Source: Lama guanicoe
Lineage: Eukaryota
Reading direction: 5' to 3'
DNA: 64,000 nt
Assembly (NCBI GenBank): GCA_013239625.1
Contig: MU054049.1
Coordinates: 1,739,892-1,803,891, forward strand
Shown here: positions 1-12,418 of the stretch, one piece after another
How positions within the stretch are numbered: position 1 is the stretch's first letter
Layout of the letters: each line of letters begins with the position of its first letter
The notes under the pieces: generated by a model
What the model was told of the DNA's origin: nothing
The model's input: the letters and a program-made list of their open reading frames with translations, nothing else
The model's database searches: none
Translations under genes and position numbers: made by a program

Positions 1-255
1 CTCTGTATCTGTGAGTCTGCTTCTTTTTTGCTATATTCACTAGCCTGTTGTATTTTTTAGATTCCACATATAAGTGATATTATACAGTATTTGTCTTTCT
101 CTGGTTTATTTCACTTAGCATAATATCCTCCAAGTCCATCCATGTTGATGCAAATGGCATAATTTTGCTCTTTTCCATGGCTAAGTAATATTCCACTGTA
201 TGTATATGTGTGTGTATATACATATATATATTATATGTATATACACCACATCTTC
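1..255 (-). mobile_element. L1 LINE 3' region fragment
   Basis: Reverse complement of typical L1 ORF2-end/3'UTR text (ttagattccacatataagtgatattatacagtatttgtctttc...tccatccatgttgatgcaaatggc). Confidence 0.8.
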
Positions 256-1055
256 TAAAAGAATTTTGTTTCTCTTAATCTCACTACAGAGAGATACCCA
301 CTAAGTATTTTCTTTTTTCCTATTACATACACTTAATTAATATTGAATACATATTTTAATATATATTATATATGTACCCTGAATTTTTGCTTATATTACA
401 AATATTTTTTCTTGCTATTAAAAAGCTCATGAGCACTTTTTGAAATGTCCAAATAAAATCTCATCATGTGGGTTTGCCACCACTTATTGGACCATCCTCA
501 TTATTGGGCACGTAAGTTATTCATTATATCTTCCTGTTATAATACTACAGAAAGGAACATCTTGCTGCAAGTCTTTCTGTATTTCTGATTTTTTTCCTTA
601 GGGAGCTTTTGTATAAGTGCAATTTCCCGGGCCAGAGATTAGAATCATTTTTTTCATTCTAATTTTTGTGAGGCATTTGAGGTTTTTGACATATACTTCC
701 AAATTGCCCTCCAGAGTAAGAATTTACTTAATTCCCTGTATCTCCTCCAACACTGATTATCATCTATATAATAAGAAAGGCTCAAAAACATTTCCTAGAG
801 AAGGCTTATATTGTCACCGATCATATGGCTCTGGGGCAAATCACAACCAAAACCTGAATTACTTAGGTCTCTGGCTGTGATTCCTGGCAAAGGGGAGGGC
901 ACACTGGGGCCAGCACCAGGTGGGTGCCCCCCAGGGCTGTTGAGTTAGAGCCATGAGCAGCTGGAAAGCAGACCAGCAGCTGTTATCCATGAGCACGTCT
1001 GGATATCAGGTATCTCTATCCCCATGGCACCCGCATCCTCCTCCATCTTTTCCAG

Positions 1056-1175
1056 CTGTGTTGGCCAAAGATGGACACAGTGTCATCCTAGAGAAGATAG
1101 AAGACTGGAATGTGGTGGAGCTCATGGTGAATGGAGAAGTTGTCTTCCACTGCAACATCAAAGACCTGGAATTTG
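1056..1175 (+). CDS. C10orf53: UPF0728 protein C10orf53, internal coding exon 2 (120 nt, phase 1-1)
   Basis: ttttccag acceptor and gtaagt donor; translates (A)VLAKDGHSVILEKIEDWNVVELMVNGEVVFHCNIKDLEF(G), recognisable as C10orf53; adjacent to OGDHL as in human. Confidence 0.93.
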
Positions 1176-1489
1176 GTAAGTCCTCCCAACCAGCACTGTG
1201 CCTTCTCTGAGCCACCTTGATTTCTAGTTGAAGAGGTTGATGTGTCCTACCCAGACTGCAACTGGGTTGCCTTCTGAGTTTTAAATTCTTACTCAAAGCC
1301 CCATGCTCTGTGGCACATGAGTGGGTGCATCCTAAACCATACGTAGACAAGTGCCTGATGCTCTGGGCTTCTTTCCAGAGCCCTGGAAGCAGAAGAGGGA
1401 TGGAATGAAAATGAAGCTTTAGCTCTAGACTTCAGATGGGGTGATGCAAACTTAGGGAGAATTGGTTGTTTTTGTTTTTTAATTTAATT

Positions 1490-1612
1490 TTTAAATTTTA
1501 TATTAGGGGTAGGTAATTAGGTTTGTTCATTTACTTATTTTAATCCTGGGGATTGAACCCAGGACCTCATGCATGCTAAGCACACACTTTACCACTGAGC
1601 TATACCCTCCTC
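1490..1612 (-). mobile_element. tRNA-Ala-derived SINE (camelid Vic-1 type) in C10orf53 intron 2
   Basis: Reverse complement reads GGAGGGTATAGCTCAGTGGTAAAG...GGTTCAATCCCC followed by the aaacctaattacc tail. Confidence 0.85.
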
Positions 1613-1986
1613 TGCCTGTTTTTAATTTTAATAATGTATTTTATTATTATTTGCCTCCTAGGTGGTTTTTGTTCCCTTTGATTATTCCATCTAGAGTGGC
1701 CAAGACTTAGAATCAATATGCCGGCCGTGCACAGCATCATCAGCTACATTCTAAGGATTTCTTTGCCCCCAGACCTTCTGGCTTGGCAGGCTGGCAGTGT
1801 GCATGCCTCGCTCTGCTCAAAAGTAAAAGGTTTCCCAATTCACTGATACTCTATTAAAGGCTAGTTAACAATTTACACTCCTGAGACCTTTGAAAATGCT
1901 CTCCTGGTAGAAGCCATAGGCATGTCTTATATGATATGACATTGGATATAAAGCTGGCCGAAAGAAAATTATATCTCTTTCCCTAG

Positions 1987-2051
1987 GAAGTGATGGTAAA
2001 CTAGATCCACTGTGCGAAGAGGCCAGGATAGCTGTCCTAAACGCCTACTGA
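1987..2051 (+). CDS. C10orf53: C10orf53 terminal coding exon 3
   Basis: ctctttccctag acceptor; phase matches exon 2; (G)SDGKLDPLCEEARIAVLNAY, TGA at 2049-2051. Confidence 0.93.
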
Positions 2052-2237
2052 ACAGGCATCTCAGGTCAACAGAACAGCAGCTGCCCCTGGCCGTTTCTGG
2101 AGTACAAACAAAAGCGGCCATCCCGGGCCATCGTCACTGGACTCACCAGTCAGATAAGGCGACACCAACCTGTCCTTCAGCCTGCATAGCATAAGGTTTC
2201 TCACCTGGCTGAAAGGAAACAGGGCCTTTGCAACAAT

Positions 2238-2243
2238 AATAAA
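2238..2243 (+). terminator. Candidate C10orf53 polyadenylation signal (a second AATAAA is at 2322-2327)
   Basis: AATAAA about 190 nt after the stop codon. Confidence 0.5.
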
Positions 2244-3945
2244 AGCACACCATCTGCAGCATCTCTCAATTTCAACAGGGAGAGCCCTCCAGTATCAGAC
2301 ACACGTTGAGCTGAAGGAAATAATAAAATACAATCTAATAACAAAGCACCATCCCTTGCTAATAACACCAAGTTGCCAGAAGCATCGGAGAGCCCACTCT
2401 CTAGTAAGCGAAAAGCTAGGAAGAAGTAAAATTAAAGATGGGTGGGAGGGGGACAGCGGGAGGGACAATAGTGGGCTATGAAAATCTGAACCAAAAGTTA
2501 ATGTCAGTATTGGGAAACCTGCGTACTCTAATAGTTTACCTCTTGATCCTAATGGAAGAATATTTAACATGCTAATTACCTAAAGGCAAATCTTCAGTTT
2601 TCCTCTAAAACAAGAAAAATGATCTGCCTTCTTTTGCATTAGCCAGTCCAATGGCCTGGTCTCAAGAGGACCCGAAAGAAGCCAGGACAGAAGGGGAAAG
2701 TGGCTCCTTATACCTCGGGAGGAAAACACAGCTGGCAGAGTTGAAGAAGGGTTTTAGTTGTGGTTAGTGCCAAATTCAACCATGGCTAAATAATGCTCTT
2801 TTTATTTTCAGGTTCCATGCACCAAACCATAGCATGTATTCTTAGCTGTAAAGGAGAGGGAAGGAATGCAGATACTGATCTAATGTGAGGTCATGGAAAG
2901 AGGCAGCGCAGAAGAAAGATGGATTCCTTTCCCGAAGACTCTGGGCGCCCCATTGAAAGAGAAGGGCTTTCAGAGCCTGTGACAGGCAACGGCGGGCTCT
3001 GGGCTCACAGCCTGCAGGGAGGCAGCCACCCTGCTCCCGGCAGCCTCGCTGCACCTGGGGAGCCCGCCTCTCCTTTGCTCCAGGGAACCTCAAACGCCCC
3101 TGCACCCCAGACCTTCAAAGGCATCTGGGACTCAGTGAAGCCACTTGTACAAGTTCTTTCCCACATGTGATGAAACAGGGGATATAACTTTCATTTTCAG
3201 CTCAAACTTATCAGATTTCATCCAGCAATTACAGATCGCTTACGACTCTGGAAATATTGAATCATCTTTACTAAGAACCTGAGGCTAGAAACAAGTCTTA
3301 AACAAGTCTTCCTCCTGGTATCTGGTGCCAGTTTTCACACGTCTTGAGTAACCATGGATTTAGTCCCGTTTGTCAAAGGCCAGTTGAAGTTATTCGAGAT
3401 GTAGCATTTTGTTTTCATAGAAACATTTCCTGACAAGAGAAATACATTTTCATTACAGTAAAATGGAAAAATACAGGTGAGGGTAAAGTATAAAATGGGA
3501 TAACATTTTGGTTTATTTCAATTTGGGCTAAATTCAGTTGATGTCTGAATGTTCAGAAAGACATAGACACACACAGAAATTGATTTCACCAATTTGGGAT
3601 CACATGGTATGTACCCAATTAGGCGTCTTTTTTTTTTTTAACTTGACATTGTAACATTGAGCCTCTTCCCATGTGGCTGAAACATTTGCTGACTGTCTAA
3701 GCATCCTCTCTTAAGTAAGGAAATATCTTCCTGCTTGAAGAGTGATTCTTATTTTCAGTGTCCAGAGTTTTTTGGCTGAGAAATAAACTGGCAGGCTTTC
3801 ACATCTGTATTTGGTGTGGTAACTTTAGCTTCTCAGGCTCCACGCCCCCATTGCTAACTGGTACAAGGGGTCCACCCTACAGCCACCTTGCCTTCCTCTA
3901 ACATACCCCCAACTCTGGCCTGTATTTGTGCCTCAGAGCAGCCCA

Positions 3946-3946
<1 letters not shown>

Positions 3947-3979
<33 letters not shown>
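3947..3979. repeat. (CA)n microsatellite
   Basis: Perfect CA run. Confidence 0.95.
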
Positions 3980-3982
<3 letters not shown>

Positions 3983-4245
3983 TGATTTGCTCTCCTACCC
4001 CCGACAACCAGAGCAGAAGGGCCAGTAAGGTGAGATTGCACACAATTCTGAGAAAATACCAAGCGCACAAAACATCTGGGACATGCTTGTGCCCAGGGCG
4101 CTGTGTTCCAGTTTAGATCAGAGTTAAAAGATGTATGAGTCATCATTACCCAGGGTTACCTCTGGGTGGTAGGCTTGGAGAGGTGGGTGGGGTTGATGGA
4201 GGGAGGAAGCCTGCAGACTATCATTTCTTCCCATTTGTAAATGTT

Positions 4246-4886
4246 TGTTGCAGGAAAATGGGGTGGGAGAAGATGGCCGTGACCTGGGTCCCAGGTGAGT
4301 CCCTGGGACACACCCCATCAAGTGAGGGTCCTTGGCTTCATGCAGAAGAGAATTCAAGAGTGAGCCACAGTCAAGTGAAAGCATGTTTCTTTTGTGAGAT
4401 ACACACTCGGTAGACAGAGTGAGGTGCCATCGGAAGGCAAGAGAGAGAGGGAGGCCCCGAGGTGTGGGAGTGTTTAGTTTAAAGTAAAAGTAGGTAACAC
4501 ACTCCGTAAAAAGAGTGTGGTTCGTCTCAGAAGGGAAAATGGCCACAAGGTTCCGGGGGTGGTTAGTTTTTATGGGCCAGGCAATTTCATATGGAAAATA
4601 TTCCAACTATTTTGGGGAAGGGGCGGAAATTTCCAGGAATTGGGCCCCGCCTACTTTTTGACCTTTTATGGTCAGACTTGGAACTATCATGGTACCTGTG
4701 GGAGTGTCATTTATCATGTTAACATATTACAATGAGCGTACAGTGAAGCTCAAGGTCTACAGAAAGTCAAATCTCCCACCGTCTTGGCCTCAAGGCCTGC
4801 TGGGAGTTGAATTTTCCACTACCTTGGTATTAACTGCTGTGTTGTTCCTTGAATGGCTATGCTCTGTCCCCATCCTTCCTGTGTCA
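4246..4886 (-). mobile_element. ERV1 solo LTR, MER41-like
   Basis: TG...CA ends; aligns in reverse with the LTR at 5448-5886; MER41-like core (TTCCTGGAA-atttccgccccttcc on the minus strand); internal duplications. Confidence 0.8.
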
Positions 4887-4970
4887 CAGAGAAATGGGAA
4901 ACATGGCTTGCTCCCAGTTGAAGGCAAAAGTGCTCCATGCTTCGACAAGCTAGATATTTGGGTGCCTTTT

Positions 4971-5056
4971 TTTCCTAATGGAGGTACCAGGGATTGAACC
5001 CAGGACCTCATGCATGCTAAGCATGTGCTCTACCACGGAGCTATTACCCTCCCGCC
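4971..5056 (-). mobile_element. tRNA-Ala-derived SINE with 13-bp TSD
   Basis: A and B boxes on the minus strand; TTGGGTGCCTTTT at 4958-4970 and 5057-5069. Confidence 0.9.
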
Positions 5057-5447
5057 TTGGGTGCCTTTTAATGCATCTTAAATGCAACTTAACTAAATTA
5101 CATTTAAGTCTTGTAAGCTGTCAAATCAATTTCTTGTTGGAACGTGTGAAGAAAGTATCTTTTCAAAGTAAAATTAGAAGTGTAGCTCTATCTTATTAGT
5201 TTTTAAATGAAATTTGGAATCTCTAAGCTTTTATCATCTAGCTTTAAAATTTCAAAAGAATGGAGTTTTTAGGGGCTACCCTGGGGCCTCACTGGCTGTA
5301 CGTACTCTCTTGGTGACTTCCCCCTTCAGAACCTTGACAAACAAAACTTGTGACAAGGCCATATATAAGAAAGCTGTGTCAAACGTCAGTTTCCAAGGCG
5401 AGCTGCTGGGACATTTGAGCAGTGAGAGGATGGGGAGGACCCCAAAA

Positions 5448-5886
5448 TGAGACAGGAGGGAAAGAGGCAGGGCACAACCATTAAAAGAATGACACAGCCA
5501 TCGAACACAGGACAAACTGGTTAGGACCAAGTTGGCAGAAGATTCAACTTCCTGTAGACCTTGAGCCTCATGGCACACCCAGAGGCACCATGACAGTTCC
5601 TAGGCTGACCATAAAAGATCAAAAAAATAGACAGGGCTCAATTCTTGGAAATTCCCTCCCCTTCCCCAAAATAGTTGGAAAAATCCTCCTACTCATTAGC
5701 ATATGAAATTACCCAACCCATAAAAGTTAACTACCCCGCGCCTTGTGGTCACTCTCTCTCTTGCCTCTGAAAGGGCCCACGTTCTGTCCATAGAGTGTAT
5801 TGTCTCTCTAACTAAACCTTTCCTTTTACTATGCCTCACTCTTGAATTCGTTCCTGCACAAGGGAAGAACCTATTCTCTGGCAACA
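5448..5886 (+). mobile_element. ERV1 solo LTR, MER41-like
   Basis: TGAGACAGG...GGCAACA ends with aaaa/aaag flanks; blocks accaagttggc, caccatgacagtt, ttagcatat, ccataaaa and cttgaattc resemble MER41. Confidence 0.8.
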
Positions 5887-7194
5887 AAAGGACTCTGCAT
5901 ACCCTCAGAAGCAAAGTAATAGAGCGGGATTTGACACTCAGACCCCCCTACATCTGACACTCATCCCCAGCTCATGGGCTTTGTGGGCACCGTGGGGGAG
6001 AACGACTCAAGCGACAATTTGTACACACCCTGTGGGTGCCAAGCTTCCGGAAGAAACACACAGTTGGCCAAATCCAGATGAAAGACAAGAGAATGCTCGC
6101 CCAGGTCACTGGCATAAGGCACAGAGGAATATTCTTCCCAAATTGCTTGAATAGTTCATGCAAAAGCATCTGTCTGTGGTTATTTGGAGAGTAGTGTGGT
6201 CAGGTACTCCCATCCTCGCTGTAACCTGATGTGCTGACTCTGGGGCAGGGAGCTGAGTTCTCCTCCGTGGGGGCCAGCAGTCACCCTCTGTGAGACCACA
6301 GAGTCAGGGCAGGGCAGGCTGAGTGGAACAAAGTCAGTGAAAGGAAACAGCAGGCCAAAGAACACGATGAATGCCCAAGGTCCCTGGCTCCAGGGCGACA
6401 GCAAGGGAAGTGGGCTGGGATGGCCTTGTGCGGCGGGTGCCCAGGCTTCAAGACAGCTGCCACTCAGCTCCCGAGACACGGCTGCTGGGTGGGAGGAGGC
6501 AGGCCAAGTGACATCAATCTCTTGAGTCTCTCCAGAAGAGCCAGAAATCCAGATTTTTGTTTGAAATTCTTGGTCTTCAAGTGTTGGCTCAATCTTTGGA
6601 ACAACACAGTGCCAACCACAAAACAAAAACCCGTTGGCAGGATGACCATCTGTTCCTGTTAGCCTGGGACCACTGCAGTTTCCACCTTTGGTCTGGGTGT
6701 AACTATCCTCGTAAATCATGAGGTCACCCTTCCCATGAGGCCCATAGCGCTCCTGTTTACAACAGTGGCGTGCGTCAACTACTCTGTTTTAGTGAAACCA
6801 CTTGACCCACCATTTGTCTGTGCAACTGAAAAGCAAAGACTGTTTACTGATCTCTGAAATGAAGAGATTTGAGAATGGCCTCTAAAAATCCTTACTGTTC
6901 CCTGTGATCCGGTACAAGGGAGGCCAGCTGTAGGCAGAGCTGCATGGTTGGGAAATGATCCTTCTCTAAGCAAGGTGTTGACCTATCTTTGCTTGCATAG
7001 CTACGGACATTTTTGAAAATGTGTGTTCTAATTTGAATGGCCTTTCAGAAGAGGCCAAAAGCTGAGACCCAGAAGAGAAAATGCCAACCGCATCTTCATG
7101 CAGGAGTAACAGGTTGGGGGAAGCTCGGTCCAGCCTGCACCACTGATGTCCTCAATACATAAAATCTAAAATGGAACACTTCTGACTCCAGGAA

Positions 7195-7350
7195 AGCACT
7201 GATATTGTAGTCTCGTATCAGCAGTTTCTGGGCTCCATTCCCATGCTCTGATTCAACGAGTCAGGGATGGAACCCAGAGACGTGCATTTTAACATGTGCG
7301 TCAGCTGATTCCCATGCATGTAAGCCCTCTGCACTCTGAAAAAGCAGCCT
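7195..7350. mobile_element. hAT-Charlie MER5-like fragment
   Basis: ttctgggctccattccc...ctgattca...gggatggaacccagaga...tgcattttaaca pattern. Confidence 0.5.
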
Positions 7351-8072
7351 TAGGATGGTGCTGGGGGAAGAGCACATCCCTGCAGGGACGGGGGCACAGG
7401 GACTCCTCTGTGAAGGGGATGCAGTTGCCCTTCTTCAGTCCTCCTGGGCAGGGCTAGGGAGCTATCCACAGGTGGGTGATTTGGGATGCTCCTTTCTGCT
7501 GGGCCCCATGTTCTTGGGCTGGACTCCAAGGGACCTAGGAGGGCTTGGAAATCTTCCTGGGTGCTGAGTGTGAGAGAAGCTGGTCTCTGGAGTATAGAGG
7601 TAAGCTGGGGGTTAGGCTGGGAAGTACCCTGTAGCTGGTACCCTAGGAGCATGACCAGTTATCCCAGAGCCTCTAGCAAGCACATGACCGCTGAGCTGTG
7701 ATATGGGCACTTAAGGGAGGGGATGTACCCTTCTCTTTCTGGGTCTACTCTTGGGATGGAGGGAAGGGCACGGGGAAGGGACAACCCTCAAGATAAGCAG
7801 AGCAGCACCAGGGGCCTTAGAAGGCAGAGGGCCCAGGACCTGCTGGAGGTGACTCCAGGCAATACAGAAGAAAGCTTCCCAGAGGCCTGGAGCACATGGG
7901 AGATCAGCAGGGGACCCCCCCCATCGCACCTGTCCAGAGGAGGGGAGTGTGGACTTGTCAGGAAGGAGGATGCTTCTGAGAAAACCTGCACTTTTGTTGC
8001 TAATCTCTCACTTGTACTCATGAGCCAAGAAGAGCCAGACAGCACTTGGGTTGTACATACAAAAATTATTTG

Positions 8073-8074
<2 letters not shown>

Positions 8075-8105
<31 letters not shown>
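8075..8105. repeat. (TA)n microsatellite
   Basis: Perfect TA run. Confidence 0.95.
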
Positions 8106-8107
<2 letters not shown>

Positions 8108-9051
8108 GTGTAATAAAAGCCCACAGTTAAGTTACTGGGTCTTTTACTTTGGACAAAAACCAATACTGGTATCCTCACTTGGCAGAGTAGGTAGGCTACT
8201 GGCACGGGTGGTAGCCAAACAGCGATTCTTTAGGAGGGAAAAGGGGGATGGAGAGGGCGGGCACACCTCCCTGAGGATGTGTCAGATTTCTGCCTCGTTC
8301 AACCTGCAGGCGCCTTCTGTGGAGACTGACATGATAGATATATTGCCCCTCACCAGGGGAGTGAGCCCACGGCTGAATGAACCACTATTACTGATGTGTG
8401 TTTTGAACAGGAAACCTGGGTTGAAAATCAAAACCATGCCTATAATTTTTTATAAAGTGCTTCTATTTTAAGTTTCATTTTAAACTTAGGAGTATATTTC
8501 TGAGCTACTAGAACCATTGTACTGCAAGGTGTTCCCCAAATACATTATGGTTTTTCATGCCTTTTCAGTCCTACCACTGACCTCTACCATCTCTTATACA
8601 CAAGGCCATCTGGTCACCCCAGATTTCCCACAGTTCCTCCATGCAAACCATGACTCTCTGTTTGCTGCCCTTCTCATGCTGCTTTCACCTCCTGGAATGC
8701 CCACACTGTGTTCTCTGATTGACAAGATCTCACTCAGCTTTCAGGATTCCCCTCACTGGTGGGCTCTCCTCCAAGCCTTCCCTGCCCCCACCCCACTCCT
8801 GCCTACAACACCAGGTACACCTCCGGGACACTTCCTACCATCTGGCATTCGTGCTGAGGATGCTGGCTTACTGCTCCGCCCCCACCCCCACCCCTGGTCC
8901 TGTTCTCCCCACTCCTCTGCCTGCCAAGCTCATCAGTGAAGATGCCCTCGCTGTCTGCTCTCTGTCCCTGTGCTCTGGATGAGAAGGATCAAGGTCAGCA
9001 GCACAGTGAAGGAAAACACAAAATAACACTGGTTGAAACTAATGTTTAAGT

Positions 9052-9524
9052 TGTGATGGTTAATTTCATCGGTCAACTTGACACAGGTTGCCCAGATATT
9101 TGCTTAAACATGACTTTGGGTGTGTCTGTGAGAATGTTTCTGAATGAAATTGATGTTTGAATCGTTAGATTGAGTGAACAAGATTGCCCTCCCCAATGTG
9201 GGGGGAGCTTCTTCAAGTCGGTCTAGGGCCCAAATGGAACAACAGGCAGGAGAAGGGACAATTGGCTCTTTCTGCCTGACCTTTTGAGTCAGGACATCAA
9301 TCTTCTCCTGAACTCAGACTAGAACTCCACCACTGACACTCCTGGGTCTCCAGCCTATCGACGGAGTTCATGGGACTTCTCAGCCTCCATGATCACGTGA
9401 GCCAATTCCATATAATAAATTTCTCTCTCTTTCTGTATATATAAATACACAAACAGATCTAGATCAAGGTGTAGACAGATATCTCCTCTAGGTTCTGTGT
9501 CTCTGGAGGATGCAGAATAACACA
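9052..9524 (+). mobile_element. MLT2-family (ERVL) solo LTR
   Basis: Starts tgtgatggttaattt..gtcaacttgac; ends ggttctgtgtctctggag..aacaca; taagt/gaagt 5-bp flanks. Confidence 0.85.
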
Positions 9525-9529
9525 GAAGT

Positions 9530-9880
9530 CCAGACCGTGGCCACTCTTCAGTCATCAGAGACCCTGACTCCATCCCCCTCACTTCTCCACCATCTTAGCA
9601 TGGAGCCTCCTGGTCCAGGATGGCTACTGAGTTGTAGCCATCAGGTTTGTGTTGCAGGCAGCCAGAAAGAGGAAGGAGTGAAAAGAAGGGTTTGCCCCTT
9701 CCCTTTGAAAAGAATTCTCAGAAGCCCCACATGATCCTGCATTTACTTGGCCAAACCTACCTACAAAAAGGACTGGGAAATGGAGATGTTCGGCCAAGCA
9801 GCAATGTGCCCTGAAACACCTTATTATTAAAGATGATGAGAACAACTAATGTGGGTGATTAGAAGCCTCAGCCACATGCT
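9530..9880 (-). mobile_element. Old MaLR (MLT1-type) LTR fragment
   Basis: ctccaccatcttagcatg...caggatggct...gactgggaaatg pattern. Confidence 0.5.
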
Positions 9881-9928
9881 GGCAAAAACAGACACCCACA
9901 GGACATCTTCTATTGTTGCAGCAAAGTG

Positions 9929-10438
9929 TGTTATAGCTCAGTGTTACAGCTCAGTTGTGACAGCAACCTGGATCCAGGCAAAAGACCAAGCAGCACTCTG
10001 AGGGTTGGAGAACTCAGGTTTATTACACCGGCGGGCCGAGAGGAGTTAACACTCCAAGCTCTGGGACCCTGTCTGTAGGTTTACACAGGATTTTATAGGC
10101 TGCCAGTCTACACTTTGCAACATCATATGCAAATAAAGTGTAACAAAAGTTGACTAGTTAGGAATGAGCTTTGTAGAAATGGGCCAATCAGGAATGATAG
10201 AAATGGACCAATCAGGAGTGAGCTCCATGCAAATGAGGTGCTACAGATGGACCAATGAGGAGATAGCTCAGGAAACCAATAGAATCTTAAGGATAAGTTC
10301 TGCTTTCCTAGAAGCAAGCCGTTTCAGAGGCAAAAAGTGAGATAATGTTGCTGGGCTAGGGAACTGGATGGTGTTGGCAGGAAAGTAGTGGCCTGGCCTG
10401 GGGGTCCTGCTGTCCTTTTCATGGGGCTTCCCATCTCA
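9929..10438 (-). mobile_element. Lineage-specific ERV solo LTR with intact promoter layout
   Basis: TG/CA ends; minus-strand TATAAAA at 10091-10097 and AATAAA at 10019-10024; four CCAAT boxes and two ATGCAAAT octamers in the U3. Confidence 0.75.
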
Positions 10439-12341
10439 CCATGTGTATTAAAGGGGGGCTCAGTCATCATCAAAGATCTATGGTGCCAGGTCTTGTGACA
10501 ACTGACTGTAGATCTGGGAACGTTTCCAGGTAATTCAAAACCCCTCTCTTCGCATCTCCTTCCTCCTGCTAGATATCCAGGCAGGCTCATCACAAAATAC
10601 CAACTCTCTCCCTGAGTTACTCTATAACTGTGATGTTAGCTCAATTAAAATGCCAACAGAATTTTTTGGAAACAAGAAAAACTGATTCTAAAATTTCTAT
10701 TGAAATCTAAACAAGCAATAGTAGTCAAAAATAGAATAGAAATCTGAAACTGACAGACAAAGGAGTATAGGGTATGACAAAGGGTTTTTCCAATCAGTGG
10801 AGAATACTGCTTCTAAAGATGTTAATAGTCAACTGGATGGCCAACTGGGGGAAAGCTGGATTCCCCTCAAACCGTATCCTAGAATAAATTCCTGATATAT
10901 CAAATATTTAAATGTAGTAAGTGAAATAGCAAACTTGAATTTTTTTGTAAACTTGGAGTGAAGAAGGCCTTTCTTAGTATGACTCAAACCCCAAAGGCAG
11001 AGACAAACAAATGGATACATTGAACTCGATGAGAATAAAAACAATTTCGTGCTTTAAAAAATGCAAATAACACCAAAAGTTAAAATACAGATAGGGAAAA
11101 GCATTTTCAACTCATATCTTTATACAGAGCTCCCACACCGATAAGAAAAAGACTAACAACCTTACAGAAAAAAAGGCCAAGGACACGAAGAGACAACGCA
11201 CAGAAAAGGAATATAAATGGTCCTGAAACATAAGAAAAGTTGTTTCACCTCACTTGTAGTAAGGTCAGTGCAAATTGAACTGAGATACTAAATCCAAAAA
11301 TGAGCTAGCATTCTATGCTGGCAAGGATGAGGGAAATGGGTACTCCTGTGTGCTGGTGGTGGTATACGTGGATAAAATGTCTGCAGAGGGATCTGGCAAT
11401 ATTTGTCAAAAATTTAAAGCCTATGTCTTTTGAGTCAATAGATTCCTCTTATCCTAAAAATATACATCTGCATGTACAAAAATTCTTTACAGTGTAGCTT
11501 GTGATGAGAAAAGATTGGAAGCTGCCCCATGTCCATTAACAAGGGACCTGTTAAATACACCATGATTCATTCATGCAGTGGAGACCTGTGCATCCTGTAA
11601 AGACTGAGAGGGATCTTTGGAGCACGGTTAGGGAACGATCACCAACATATATTATTTAAGTCAAAAAAAAAAAAGCATGAAAAGCATGGCTCAGAAGAAT
11701 GTGCATACTGTTATAATTTGTAGGGGAAAAGGGAGAAAGAACATACGCATATACATTGAATCTGCATCAAATACCAAGAAACAAGAAGTAGCTACCTCTA
11801 AACAGGGAGGTTTAGGGCAGCAGAGGGGGAGTGAGGGGGAGACTGGCTCACTAGACACACTATCTTTTAAATTTGCATTTAAATTTAAATTTGCATATGT
11901 TATATTAACTATTCAAAATGTCATTTAAAAAATATAGCAGTTGGGTTTAGATTGACAGAGAAACCAGGTCCTAGCAGAACAGAGGGTTGTTGAAGACATG
12001 AGAAACAACAATCAAGTGAAAGATACTCTGCACTAAAGAGAGAATTCAGTATGTGCAGAAAGAGCCAAAAGTCGGTTACTTCAAGAAATGATGCTGGGAC
12101 AACTGAAAAGCACATGCGAAAGAATGAAGTTTGATCCTTACTTCATACTGAATACAAGAGTAACTCAAAGTGGATGAAAGACCCAGATGTAAGAGCCAAA
12201 ACTATAAAACTCTTAGAAGAAAACACAAGGGTAACTCTTCATGACCCTGGATAAGACAATGGTTTCTTAGATGTGACACCAAAAGCACAAGCAACTGAAG
12301 AAAAAAATAAATTAGACTTCATCAAAATTAAAAACTTGTAC

Positions 12342-12418
12342 AGGGGTGGGTATAGCTCAGTGGTAGAGCACATGCACAAGGTCCTGGGTTCAATCCCCAG
12401 TACCTCCATTAAAAAGAT
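12342..12418 (+). mobile_element. tRNA-Ala-derived SINE (internally deleted) inserted in L1
   Basis: TAGCTCAGTGG and GGTTCAATCCC boxes; TSD ATTAAAAACTT at 12327-12337 and 12419-12429. Confidence 0.88.

Noticed and set aside
4246..5886. A provirus bounded by two LTRs
   Set aside because: The LTRs are inverted relative to each other, differ in structure, and enclose no PBS or gag/pol/env sequence
11865..11896. Twin ATTTGCAT octamers (a similar pair lies near 47423-47450)
   Set aside because: Short slippage duplications in AT-rich L1 remnants with no promoter context
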